64,000 bases of DNA from an uncultured Candidatus Peribacteria bacterium (GTDB lineage: Bacteria > Patescibacteriota > Gracilibacteria > Peribacterales > Peribacteraceae), in assembly GCA_964506185.1 (NCBI GenBank), contig CAZDKL010000001.1, positions 23,196-87,195 of the forward strand, in the 5' to 3' direction. Position numbers and translations under genes: made by a program. Below are positions 25,501-34,161 of the stretch, one piece after another. The notes under the pieces are model-generated. The model did not search any database. It saw nothing but the letters and a program-made list of their open reading frames with translations, and was not told the DNA's origin. Each line of letters starts with the position of its first letter. The stretch's first letter is position 1.

Positions 25501-27873
25501 CTATCCAACAAGAGCGAGTACTGCTTTATGTTCTTCTTTGGCTTCCTCCTCCTTCAGGGTCCTATCTTCTGCTCTATAAGTACATCTAATCGTCAGATTA
25601 TATTCCTGCATCTGATCTTTCGAGTACAACTTGGCAACCTCAACGCTTTCTAGGAGTTTCGAAGTTTTTCTTACTTTCTTAATTAAATCTCCAACGCTTT
25701 TATCCTGCGAGAATGGAATTGTTACGTCGTAAGTGATTCCTGGAAATTGAGGCACACTCTTCGCTATCTTTTTGGAAGGCTCGGAGTTAAATAGAACTGA
25801 AAGATTGATTCTAAGTGCTGCAGCACGTGCTGGAAGATCAAAATTCTTGCGGACATAAGGATGTACCTCGAATATTTCTCCAACTGCATCTTTTCCAACC
25901 ACAATCTGTGCCCTTCGTCCGGGATGCATGAATGAAGCCGAGTTCTTCATAGTCTCAACCCTCATGTGATACCCTGCTGACTTTAATGCATTCTTGATTG
26001 CTGATTTTAATTCAAGAAACGGATCATCATCTATTCCAGTTTCATTTCTGCAAGCAACCAAACCTCCCAATTCAACCGTATCTTTCCCATCTTTATCGAA
26101 CATCTGCCCGTAATGGAATGTCCTGAGTTTTGAACCAACGTTCAGTAAATTATGTTCTGCATGTTCCAAAAGCCCTGGTAGCACATGCGGCTGCATTATC
26201 GAAGTTTCTGCACCTAATGAGTTCTCGATAGCTATTGAGTTGGACGAATCCATTCCGCATTTCTCCAAAAGCGCTGGGCCCATCAAAGACAATGGAAGGA
26301 TTTCCATAAACCCTGACTCTTTTAATGAATCTCTGACCAAGTGAACCCGCTCGTCGCGCGGAGGAGGCTCGATTGAAGCCTCGGGCATTTGTGAATCAAT
26401 CTCATCATATCCAAATACTCTTCCCACTTCCTCAATCAAATCATGAGGCCCAGAAACATCACTCAGACGGTGAAGAGGAGGTGTGACAGTTAATGAGTCA
26501 CCTGATCCTTCGACTTTGAATTCCAGATCTTTGAGTATTTTTTTTGTTGTATTTACAGGAATATCTGCACCAAGGAAATCTGACACGCGCTTAGCGGAAA
26601 GCTTGATCGATATTGCCTTTCCATCATCACCCCAACTGTCCTGTGAGGAAATTACCTTTGCCCCAGGTACCAAATCCAAAAATAACTGGAGAGCTCGATT
26701 GAAACCTTCCTTAACAATTACATTTGGAACTCCTTTTTCATAGATTGTCGCAGCATCTGTCCTATGACCTGTTGCCATAATAGTTTTTCTGATTGATGTA
26801 GGCTCAACGCCGGCGCTGTGAAGATAAACTCGCTTGGTAGATTCTTTTGTTGAGCTTCTAAGCCCTCCCATAACACCCAAAAGGTCGAAAATCCCATCAT
26901 CATCGCTTAGTACGATTGACCCTTCGGGAAGTTCGCGTTCCTTTTCATCTAAAGTTGTAATCTTCTCTCCTTTTTTACTGAGCCTCATGTGTACGTCCCC
27001 CTTAAAATCATCAGCATCAAAGCTATGTAAGGGCATGCCCACCTCGATCATCACAAAGTTTGTAATATCAATGGGAAGATAAAGCGATCTGAGGCCTACT
27101 GACTCAAGTCTCTGCTTCATCCAATCGGGGGTTTCTCCAACACTATCAATCTCCATCAAGCAAGCATGATAATTTGGAATCTTATCCTTGCAATCCAAAA
27201 CATTTTTGAACGGAAGTTTGGTCGAGGGAAACTTATGATCCGCGAAGTCAGGACGATCTTTCTTCCAAGTAGCTAAACCTAACGCAACAAACTCCCGCGC
27301 GAAGCCGACTTGAGAAAATAGGTCGGGACGATGTGCAATTGAATGATTATCGATATCTATAACAATATCTCCACCTCCAATATATTCACTGAGCGCTTTA
27401 CCAACGTCTTCATCTCCATCTCCAAAATCAACCACAGGCCATTCTCCTTCTTCCGGCTTGGGAGGATATTGCATCGTAAGCTCCAATTCTTCCGCTGCAC
27501 AGATCATTCCATTGCTATCTTCTCCCCTTATCTTAACTTTCTTAAGTTCAAACTCTCCTCCGCTCTTTGGATCTTTGACCTTTGTTCCAACATGCGCGAA
27601 TGCGATCCTCATTCCTTCTCGGAGGTTTGTTCCGCCACATACTACTCTAACTTTTCCTTTATCAGTTTCCACATCGCAAAGCTGAAGCCTGTCTGCATTT
27701 GGGTGCGCACTGAGTGTGATCACTTTTCCAACGCAACAGCCATCCAGAAATCCGCCTTGGCCCTGTATTCCTTCCACTTCTGCAACAGAGGAGGTTAATT
27801 TGTCCGCAATTGCCTGAGGATCGGTTACTTTTAGGTCTACGAAGTCGGATATCCAGTTTAATGATAGTTTCAT
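25501..27873 (-). CDS. pheT: phenylalanine-tRNA ligase beta subunit
   Basis: MKLSLNWISDFVDL start, tRNA-binding OB domain, B3/4 and B5 regions, 790 aa. pheS is not adjacent. Confidence 0.9.
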   Translation of the reverse strand: MKLSLNWISDFVDLKVTDPQAIADKLTSSVAEVEGIQGQGGFLDGCCVGKVITLSAHPNADRLQLCDVETDKGKVRVVCGGTNLREGMRIAFAHVGTKVKDPKSGGEFELKKVKIRGEDSNGMICAAEELELTMQYPPKPEEGEWPVVDFGDGDEDVGKALSEYIGGGDIVIDIDNHSIAHRPDLFSQVGFAREFVALGLATWKKDRPDFADHKFPSTKLPFKNVLDCKDKIPNYHACLMEIDSVGETPDWMKQRLESVGLRSLYLPIDITNFVMIEVGMPLHSFDADDFKGDVHMRLSKKGEKITTLDEKERELPEGSIVLSDDDGIFDLLGVMGGLRSSTKESTKRVYLHSAGVEPTSIRKTIMATGHRTDAATIYEKGVPNVIVKEGFNRALQLFLDLVPGAKVISSQDSWGDDGKAISIKLSAKRVSDFLGADIPVNTTKKILKDLEFKVEGSGDSLTVTPPLHRLSDVSGPHDLIEEVGRVFGYDEIDSQMPEASIEPPPRDERVHLVRDSLKESGFMEILPLSLMGPALLEKCGMDSSNSIAIENSLGAETSIMQPHVLPGLLEHAEHNLLNVGSKLRTFHYGQMFDKDGKDTVELGGLVACRNETGIDDDPFLELKSAIKNALKSAGYHMRVETMKNSASFMHPGRRAQIVVGKDAVGEIFEVHPYVRKNFDLPARAAALRINLSVLFNSEPSKKIAKSVPQFPGITYDVTIPFSQDKSVGDLIKKVRKTSKLLESVEVAKLYSKDQMQEYNLTIRCTYRAEDRTLKEEEAKEEHKAVLALVG

Positions 27874-27903
27874 AGGGGTAGCATAGAAATATTAGAACAA
27901 ATT

Positions 27904-27968
27904 GGCAATTAGCTTGTTAGCAGATTAGCAGATTAGCCAATCTGCTAATTGCCAATCTGCTAATTGCC
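27904..27968. repeat. word-palindrome repeat, AGCAGATTAGC family, copy 3
   Basis: 64 of 65 nt identical to 1192-1256. Confidence 0.85.
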
Positions 27969-28019
27969 GCTTGACAGGGATATTGTCATTCGAATCTCGC
28001 AATAGTACTCTAGTCTCCG

Positions 28020-28265
28020 ATGTTCCCCTTCCACACCATGAGCAAATCTAACCCTTCTTCCATACAGGCGCTTCGATGGGTAGTAAACGTACTAACGTTT
28101 CTCACAATGCTTGCATCCCTCGCAGGTATCTATGAAACCCATTTTGTAGGAGCAGGAGCTACATTTGGAACTACAGGCGCTTCACTCTCCCTTATCGCAT
28201 TTGCAATAACATCACACCTCTGGATAAAGACTATGGCGTGTTGTATGGGAAACTGTGAAAAATAA
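28020..28265 (+). CDS. small membrane protein (81 aa, 2 TM, Cys-rich C-terminus)
   Basis: Hydrophobic ORF ending ..TMACCMGNCEK. Host-like composition. Confidence 0.5.
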   Translation: MFPFHTMSKSNPSSIQALRWVVNVLTFLTMLASLAGIYETHFVGAGATFGTTGASLSLIAFAITSHLWIKTMACCMGNCEK

Positions 28266-28280
28266 TCTTGTATAACAAAG

Positions 28281-28302
28281 ACGGCAGCTTGGAGGCTGCC
28301 GT
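28281..28302 (-). terminator. hairpin terminator of cassette 4 (possibly bidirectional)
   Basis: ACGGCAGC-ttggag-GCTGCCGT. On the minus strand it is followed by ctttgttatacaag. Confidence 0.5.
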
Positions 28303-28341
28303 CCTGTTCGCCCTGATTTTCGGAATGGGCGGGACTTTCCG

Positions 28342-29166
28342 TCAGTTGAGTTTGATGAACGGATCGCTTTGTCCGGGGAACAGTCGGTTGCCGGAAGCGG
28401 CGACCGAGTTCTTCGGCTTCACTCCCCATGCAACAAGCTGCTTGTGCGTCGCGTAGCGGAAGTAGTAGAGTGAATAGGCGTAAGGTCGCGGTTGGAAATC
28501 GGAATCCGCAAGTGGATTATCGAAATCTTCACCGACACCAGTGCCAATGCCTTTTCCACCTCGCGACTGCGACTTGACCGGCTCTGGGTGTTCGCCGCGG
28601 AAAACCGCGACAACGATGGTTCCCAAAGCTGTTGGGTCGTCTTTCTGATCGACTGCAAACGAGTTGGCTTCCTTGGTAACGACAAAACGTTTGCCACCTT
28701 GGTAACCGGTTTGCCAGCCCTTGCAGGCGTAAGCACGATTGCCGATCACAACGCCCATCGGCCATGTCTCTTCTTGGTTGATGCCCACTGCCGGAATCTG
28801 CTTACCCGTGAGGGTGCACCGACCGTCTACAGCCACACCAACACAGACCTCTTTCGCGACGACATGAGACCACATGTTGATACCGTAGACGTCGCCCTTC
28901 TTGAGTTCCACGTAGCGGTAGTAGCGATCCGGATTCTTGCCTTCGCCCTTGATGAACGAGGGAATCGTACCGGACGGCGGCGCGTAGATCGCCGCAGGGC
29001 CTTCGTTGTCGACTTCGATACTGAGCGTAACGCAGTCGCCTCGGATTGTCTGGCTGAAATTCGCCGCAGCCGCCTGGGATCCAGCCCCCGGATGGAACAT
29101 GACCACCAGAGCGGTGGCAACCAACGCGAGAGCACCAACAGAACCAAAAACGAGTTTGCGCGTCAT
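28342..29166 (-). CDS. hypothetical secreted/anchored protein, GC-rich cassette 4 (274 aa)
   Basis: The start was set at ATG 29166, preceded by CAGGAGG plus 7 nt. The N-terminus MTRKLVFGSVGALALVATALVVMF..AAAA is signal-like. Lines 28501-28740 have 50-63% GC. I recognise no family. Several overlapping ORFs are shadows. Confidence 0.65.
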   Translation of the reverse strand: MTRKLVFGSVGALALVATALVVMFHPGAGSQAAAANFSQTIRGDCVTLSIEVDNEGPAAIYAPPSGTIPSFIKGEGKNPDRYYRYVELKKGDVYGINMWSHVVAKEVCVGVAVDGRCTLTGKQIPAVGINQEETWPMGVVIGNRAYACKGWQTGYQGGKRFVVTKEANSFAVDQKDDPTALGTIVVAVFRGEHPEPVKSQSRGGKGIGTGVGEDFDNPLADSDFQPRPYAYSLYYFRYATHKQLVAWGVKPKNSVAASGNRLFPGQSDPFIKLN

Positions 29167-29304
29167 AATGTGTCCTCCTGGACAAAGTGTTACAGCAGCA
29201 TCCAGACGCATAGGAATACTGCCCTTGACGAAAATGTACCCGTACATCGGGTCGGCATAAGAGAAACTGCTTAGAATTTCCCACATGCCAACCCGACATT
29301 CCTA

Positions 29305-29355
29305 GTAGGCAGGGCATCTGTGTTCGCGATGCGAACACAGGTAAATACCTACCAG
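29305..29355 (-). promoter_or_regulatory. nested leader hairpin of cassette 4
   Basis: Perfect inner stem CTGTGTTCGC (29318-29327) with GCGAACACAG (29331-29340). Outer stem is GTAGG/CCTAC. Same design as 6966-7025. Confidence 0.4.
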
Positions 29356-29385
29356 GTCCTATGCTGCAAATGAGCTATCTATATT

Positions 29386-29414
29386 ATAATAGACATAATT
29401 TAGAATATTGTCAA
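29386..29414 (-). promoter_or_regulatory. putative promoter of cassette 4
   Basis: Minus strand TTGACA (29414-29409), 17 nt, TATTAT (29391-29386). It begins 51 nt downstream of the tRNA-Ser 3' end. Confidence 0.45.
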
Positions 29415-29464
29415 TTCGCCGATATTGGCTTTAACTAAAGGAAAACGACCATTTCAAACCAAAC

Positions 29465-29555
29465 TGGCGGAGAGAGGGGGATTCGAACCCCCGAGACCCT
29501 TGCGGGCCTACCCGCACTCCAAGCGGGCGCACTAGACCAACTATGCGATCTCTCC
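29465..29555 (-). tRNA. tRNA-Ser (anticodon GGA), long variable arm, CCA encoded
   Basis: GGAGAGA..CCCGC UUGGAGU GCGGG, variable arm GGCCCGCAAGGGTC, GGGGG TTCGAAT CCCCC, TCTCTCC-G-CCA. Confidence 0.9.
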
Positions 29556-29608
29556 AAGGGTAACTTTACTGATGAATTTGATCTGTGAAAAGAGATTGAT
29601 CAGTTAAT

Positions 29609-29648
29609 TCTTCACTATTCACTATTAACTATTAACTTTTCACTTTTT
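29609..29648. repeat. tandem word repeat (tcactatt/aactatta words)
   Basis: cttcactattcactattaactattaacttttcacttttta. It abuts the permease stop codon. Confidence 0.65.
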
Positions 29649-30555
29649 AACTAACAATCAAATTAAATCCATACCCAATCAATATAATCCCCAAAGCAAC
29701 CACACTGAAGAAGGCTATAAGCAAAGGCAGTCTCATTACTTTCTTTAGTATCAGAGCTTCCGGCAAAGAGAGTCCTACGACTGCCATCATAAATGCCAAA
29801 GCAGTACCCAGTGGTATCCCCTTTCCAACCAAAGACTCCACAATTGGGATTACGCCGCTCGCATTTGCATACAAAGGAATAGCAAGAATAACTGCTGCGG
29901 GGACTGCCAGAAGATTATCAGCCTGAATATATTTTTCGAAGAACCCTTCCGGAACATATCCATGAATTAAAGCCCCTACTCCGACTCCTAGAATTACATA
30001 CGGAGCAACTTTTTTAAAAATTCCCATTGCATCATTATTAATCACCTTAAATGTGCTTTGTTTCTTATTAGTCTGATCTTTTTTGCAGCAACAACATTTC
30101 TTTTGAACAAACCCCGCAACATATCGATCTAATTTGAGCGCACTCAAAATCATTCCTCCAAAAACTCCAATGAATATCCCGGCAGCAACATACAACAAAG
30201 TAATCTTCCATCCGAAGAGTCCAAGAAATAGAACGACTGCAACTTCGTTAATCAATGGAGAAGTTATCAGAAACGAAAGAGTAACACCCAGAGGAATGCC
30301 GGCTTCCAGAAAACCAATGAATAGAGGAATAGATGAGCAGGAACAGAACGGCGTTGCAGCTCCGAAAAGAGTCGCAAGAAAATAATCCGCTCCATAGAAC
30401 TTATGCGAAACCAAAAACTTCCTCATCTTTTCTATCGGAAGATATAGCCTGAACGCTCCCATCAGATGCGTGATTACTAAGAGCAATAAAAGAATCTTAA
30501 TGCTGTCATATACAAAGAAATCTATAGCCTCCATCAGATGTGCATCGATAACCAT
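29647..30555 (-). CDS. predicted permease (UPF0718/ArsP-like)
   Basis: 302 aa, polytopic, with the ATPFCSCSSIPLFIGF motif characteristic of this family. Confidence 0.8.
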   Translation of the reverse strand: MVIDAHLMEAIDFFVYDSIKILLLLLVITHLMGAFRLYLPIEKMRKFLVSHKFYGADYFLATLFGAATPFCSCSSIPLFIGFLEAGIPLGVTLSFLITSPLINEVAVVLFLGLFGWKITLLYVAAGIFIGVFGGMILSALKLDRYVAGFVQKKCCCCKKDQTNKKQSTFKVINNDAMGIFKKVAPYVILGVGVGALIHGYVPEGFFEKYIQADNLLAVPAAVILAIPLYANASGVIPIVESLVGKGIPLGTALAFMMAVVGLSLPEALILKKVMRLPLLIAFFSVVALGIILIGYGFNLIVS

Positions 30556-30559
30556 GAAT

Positions 30560-30685
30560 CTATTCTACACGTCCCAGCCTGTCTTTTGGTTCATAAAACT
30601 TAAGTTCTAGCTTCTTATATATCTCCTCCTCTGTTTTGCCGGCAATAACTGCATCACCCTTAAAAAGCCCATACTCATTGAGCTT
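30560..30685 (-). pseudogene. orphan second copy of the PolX C-terminus (about 41 codons, with its own stop)
   Basis: KLNEYGLFKGDAVIAGKTEEEIYKKLELKFYEPKDRLGRVE aligns with the end of the intact PolX, KLNEYGLFKGDALIASNTEKQIYDALELQYYEPSERISRL. By eye 27 of the 40 aligned positions are identical. Confidence 0.65.
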
Positions 30686-30705
30686 CCGGCCTACGCGCAG
30701 CGTAG

Positions 30706-30797
30706 GTCGCCCACCGTAGACTCCTGAACTCAATTGTATATCTAGATTACAAACTCGCTGCGACTTCGGCCGGCAGGCCATCAGGAGCGAAGGTGGG
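30706..30797. repeat. GC-rich inverted-repeat element between polX and its 3'-end duplicate
   Basis: The arms are CGCCCACCG..TCCTGA (30708-) and TCAGGA-GCGAAGGTGGG (-30797). The same arm sequences occur at 7266-7297. The right arm abuts the polX stop. Confidence 0.6.
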
Positions 30798-31748
30798 CTA
30801 CAATCTGCTAATTCTTTCACTAGGCTCATAGTATTGTAATTCTAATGCATCATATATTTGTTTTTCAGTATTACTAGCTATAAGTGCATCACCTTTAAAG
30901 AGTCCATATTCATTCAGCTTCCACCCTTTCTTAATCGCGACCTTCCTCATTGCAATGTTGTGCTCCTTGGAGCCTGTGAAATATAGGAGGGCCGAACCCC
31001 ACTGATCTTTTTTAACAAATCTGATATCGACGCGCAAACCTGTCTTTAAGTCGAAAGAAAGCTTTTTATCTCCATGAGCTACTACATTTCTAACGTCTTT
31101 TAACTCAGCCACTGCATCAGAAACCTCTTTGGGTTTTGAGGTTACAACCAAAATATCTATATCCCCCACAGTTTCCTTCTCACGACGAAAAGACCCGGCA
31201 ACTTCCGTCTCCTGAACATTCTTAAGTCCTTTTATTTTCTTGATTAACTTATCAACATCATCCTTAACCTCCTCCCGAGGGAATCTTTTGATCCTTTCTT
31301 TAACTCTTTTCGCATTCTCCAGAACTTTCTTCTCCATAAGTTCAGAAAAACGCGGAAGCGACCTAAGCTTTCCTTCTTCCGCAACTTTGATTAAGTCAGC
31401 GACTGTCTTTACACCAAATTCTGACTGGATTTGTCTGACGCATGCAGGGCCTAAGCCCTCAATGTCCATTAGCTCAGCTGGAATATTACCCTGAGTTATT
31501 CGAAGATTCTCCAAAGCAGTCATCTTCCCCGTTTTTAAATATTCAACAATCTTTCCGGCAATCGCATCGCCAATACCGGAGAGCTTCTTAAGTTCTTTCT
31601 CATCTCCGATCTCCGAAACATCCTTATCTAATTCTTCAATGACTTGAGCTGCACGCCTATACGCAGCGGGCTTGAAATCGACTCCTTGTTCTTGAAGAAG
31701 AGCAGCAATCTGACGGAGAAGGCCGGCGATTGCCTTGTTATTTTCCAT
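30798..31748 (-). CDS. polX: family X DNA polymerase (Pol beta-like, no PHP domain)
   Basis: HhH motifs (LSGIGDAIAGKI, IEGLGPACVRQI) and the nucleotidyltransferase motif GSFRREKETVGDIDILV. The start was set at ATG 31748 (MENNKAIAGLL). Confidence 0.85.
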   Translation of the reverse strand: MENNKAIAGLLRQIAALLQEQGVDFKPAAYRRAAQVIEELDKDVSEIGDEKELKKLSGIGDAIAGKIVEYLKTGKMTALENLRITQGNIPAELMDIEGLGPACVRQIQSEFGVKTVADLIKVAEEGKLRSLPRFSELMEKKVLENAKRVKERIKRFPREEVKDDVDKLIKKIKGLKNVQETEVAGSFRREKETVGDIDILVVTSKPKEVSDAVAELKDVRNVVAHGDKKLSFDLKTGLRVDIRFVKKDQWGSALLYFTGSKEHNIAMRKVAIKKGWKLNEYGLFKGDALIASNTEKQIYDALELQYYEPSERISRL

Positions 31749-31791
31749 ATATGAATTATACAACAAAATCTAACCTCATTTTTTTGACTAA

Positions 31792-31822
31792 GTCAGACCC
31801 GCCCACGAGGGGCGGGTCTGAC
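31792..31822 (-). terminator. strong GC hairpin downstream of the zinc-finger ORF
   Basis: GTCAGACCCGCCC-acgag-GGGCGGGTCTGAC, a 13-bp stem. The T tract is poor on the minus strand, so terminator function is uncertain. Confidence 0.35.
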
Positions 31823-31854
31823 GTGAATATGGAAGAACTGAAATCTCGGTGCTG

Positions 31855-32073
31855 TTACACCAGCGCCAGCGTAGGCGTTGTCTTCCGTGACCTATCGGGC
31901 GGCAGAGCTTCGTCGGCAAGCCTCAAAGCATCTCGCTCCCTTTCGTTGTGCACACTCATCAGATGAGATGCAAGGCTTCTCCGCACGATTACGCGCGGAC
32001 AATGAGGACATTCGACACGCTGGTTGTGGTGTAATCTGGCCTTTTGGCACATACAACAGATCTCCCTTTCCAT
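31855..32073 (-). CDS. hypothetical small C2H2-like zinc-finger protein (65-72 aa), GC-rich island 5
   Basis: CPHC-x11-H-x4-H (ECPHCPRVIVRRSLASHLMSVH) plus upstream C-x-C..HH. The alternative start ATG 32052 has GGGAG 9 nt upstream. Two overlapping ORFs compete with it. Confidence 0.4.
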   Translation of the reverse strand: MEREICCMCQKARLHHNQRVECPHCPRVIVRRSLASHLMSVHNERERDALRLADEALPPDRSRKTTPTLALV

Positions 32074-32443
32074 CCTCTTGGTTCTTGTGGACTAGTCGCA
32101 AAGCGACCTCCGGAGCGGTAGTTCCACTACCAACAGTGAACTCCGAAAACTAACTTGTGAGAGGATAGATTTCGTCATACAATCGATGCTTTCAATGAAC
32201 AATTTATAAACCCCTAATCCTTCTGGATGGGGGGCAAAACTCTTTATTCTTATTACATCCTGTCAGCGCCCCCTTCTGCATAAATCTTGCAGAGACCAAA
32301 ACAAACCGGAAAAAGGACGTATGAAATAGACATTTCGTGGATATTCTACTCGCCAAGATAACAATGTCAAGGTCTTGTCAATACTGCCGTAGCGGTACAT
32401 AAATTACATATATTGCACTCAAATATAATCATTGAGCATATTC

Positions 32444-32471
32444 TTGAAATATGGCAAAAAGCACGTACAAT
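32444..32471 (+). promoter_or_regulatory. putative promoter of the 32592 ORF
   Basis: TTGAAA (32444-32449), 16 nt, TACAAT (32466-32471). The leader contains the hairpin GGAGGGAGTT..AACTTCCTCC (about 32502-32542). Confidence 0.4.
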
Positions 32472-32591
32472 CGGCTCAGTTCATTGAAATATCAATCTAT
32501 TGGGAGAGGAGGGAGTTTTCTGACTGAACTTCCTCCCCTCCTTGTCTACAAAACCAATTAACTCAGTGTTTAGCGTAGAAAGGGATTCGCG

Positions 32592-32777
32592 ATGTCTGGT
32601 AAGAAGAGAGGTTCTCAACCCACTACCGGTGGGACAGAGAAGCAACACCAGCGTACTATCAGCAAGAGAAAGCAAAAGCAAAAGAATCGACAACGATTCG
32701 AACTTTTGCGCCGAATCAAGAGAGCAAAGAAGAATGGGAATACGGTTTTGGTTGAGAAGCTTCAGGCTCAACTATGA
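32592..32777 (+). CDS. hypothetical very basic small protein (61 aa), island 5
   Basis: AAAGGGA lies 6 nt upstream of the ATG. The sequence is MSGKKRGSQ..KRKQKQKNRQRFELLRRIKRAKK. A terminator follows. Overlapping ORFs compete with it. Confidence 0.4.
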   Translation: MSGKKRGSQPTTGGTEKQHQRTISKRKQKQKNRQRFELLRRIKRAKKNGNTVLVEKLQAQL

Positions 32778-32814
32778 CCACCTTCCACGCTCTCCAGCAG
32801 ACCAACCGAGGCAC

Positions 32815-32863
32815 GCTCCAGACTGGTTGCCCCACAAGGTGACCGGGGCTGGAGCTCTTTTTA
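32815..32863 (+). terminator. compound hairpin followed by a T tract
   Basis: GCTCCA..GCCCC-acaaggtgacc-GGGGC-TGGAGC followed by TCTTTTTA. The T tract overlaps the ahcY stop codon. Confidence 0.45.
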
Positions 32864-34114
32864 TGTACCCTCCCTCCACTCATTCTGGTATTTGACCTGT
32901 TCATCAGTCATCTCATCATACTCAACGCCAATGGCATCGAGTTGCATCTTCGCAATCTCATTATCAATCTCTGCAGGCAAAGTAATTACTTCGGGCTTAA
33001 GCTGACCTTTGTTTTTGACTAAGTACTCGCAAGCCAAAGTCTGTCCGCAGAAACTCAGACTCATTACTTCCGAAGGATGTCCTTCTGCAGATGCTAAGTT
33101 GACGAGCCTTCCCTCTCCCGCAACGTAAACAACCTTGCCGGACTTCATGAGGTACTCATCCAGGTAATGCCTTACTCTTCGTTTGCGCTTAGCGTTTCTT
33201 TCCAGTGCTTCCATATCTATTTCGTTATCGAAGTGGCCTGAGTTTGCAAGAACAACTCCATCCTTCATCTTTTCCATGTGCTCCATGCGGAAGATATGCT
33301 TGTTGCCTGTAACTGTAATAAAGATGTCTCCGAGCTCAGCGGCCTTGCTCATTGGCATAACCCTGTATCCATCAGTAGCAGCTTGAAGTGCATTGAATGC
33401 GTTTACTTCCGTAACGATGACGTTAGATCCCAATCCCTTTGCTCTGAGCGCGCATCCTTTTCCGCAGCTTCCGTAACCTCCAACAACAACCGTCTTTCCT
33501 GCGAATAGAATATTTGTGGATCTGAGTATTCCATCCATAGTGGACTGACCTGTTCCGTAATAGTTATCGAACAAGTGCTTTGTCTTGTTGTCATTGACCG
33601 CGATCATCGGGTACTTGAGTACTCCTTCTTCTTCCATCGCTCGCAGTCTGATGATTCCCGTTGTGGTCTCTTCGCATCCTCCTATTATGTTTGGGATTAG
33701 ATCCGGATGCTTTGTGTGGATCTCTGTAACCAGATCGCATCCGTCATCGATTGTGATATTGGGCTCCGTTTCTATTACAGCATTTAGGAACTTGTAGTAA
33801 TCCTCTTTGCTCTCTCCTTTATATGCCCAAACCAGAACTCCTTCCTCCTCTGCCAAAGCAGCTGCAACATCATCCTGCGTGCTAAGTGGATTGCATCCTG
33901 TGATTGCTACTTTAGCTCCTCCGTCTCGCAGAGTTCTGACCAATACTCCCGTTTCTTTTGTAACATGCAGAGCCAAGCCAATAGTTAAACCTTTGAATGG
34001 CTTCTCTTTGCTCATTCGATCCCTGACTTTCATCAAAGCTCCCATTCGCTTCTCCGCGATCTCTAGATTGAGCCTGCCTTGGTCCGCCAAAGATGAATCT
34101 GTTACATAGGACAT
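32861..34114 (-). CDS. ahcY: adenosylhomocysteinase
   Basis: 417 aa. LALHVTKETGVL..GCNPLSTQDDVAAAL..GYGSCGKGCA (NAD-binding) are typical. Confidence 0.9.
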   Translation of the reverse strand: MSYVTDSSLADQGRLNLEIAEKRMGALMKVRDRMSKEKPFKGLTIGLALHVTKETGVLVRTLRDGGAKVAITGCNPLSTQDDVAAALAEEEGVLVWAYKGESKEDYYKFLNAVIETEPNITIDDGCDLVTEIHTKHPDLIPNIIGGCEETTTGIIRLRAMEEEGVLKYPMIAVNDNKTKHLFDNYYGTGQSTMDGILRSTNILFAGKTVVVGGYGSCGKGCALRAKGLGSNVIVTEVNAFNALQAATDGYRVMPMSKAAELGDIFITVTGNKHIFRMEHMEKMKDGVVLANSGHFDNEIDMEALERNAKRKRRVRHYLDEYLMKSGKVVYVAGEGRLVNLASAEGHPSEVMSLSFCGQTLACEYLVKNKGQLKPEVITLPAEIDNEIAKMQLDAIGVEYDEMTDEQVKYQNEWREGT

Positions 34115-34161
34115 TGGAGCGATAGACTAACAGAATATTGAGTTTGATCAATTAAAAGGTC

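Noticed and set aside
28419-29338. Several 78-260-aa ORFs on both strands overlapping cassette 4
   Set aside because: They are Arg/Ser/Pro-rich translations typical of out-of-frame GC-rich DNA and have no start context. The 274-aa frame has an SD and a signal peptide.
30560-30829. 89-aa ORF treated as an independent gene
   Set aside because: Only its last ~41 codons are meaningful (the PolX C-terminal duplicate). The upstream part is a translation of the GC-rich inverted-repeat element and overlaps the polX end. It is reported as a pseudogene or relic instead.
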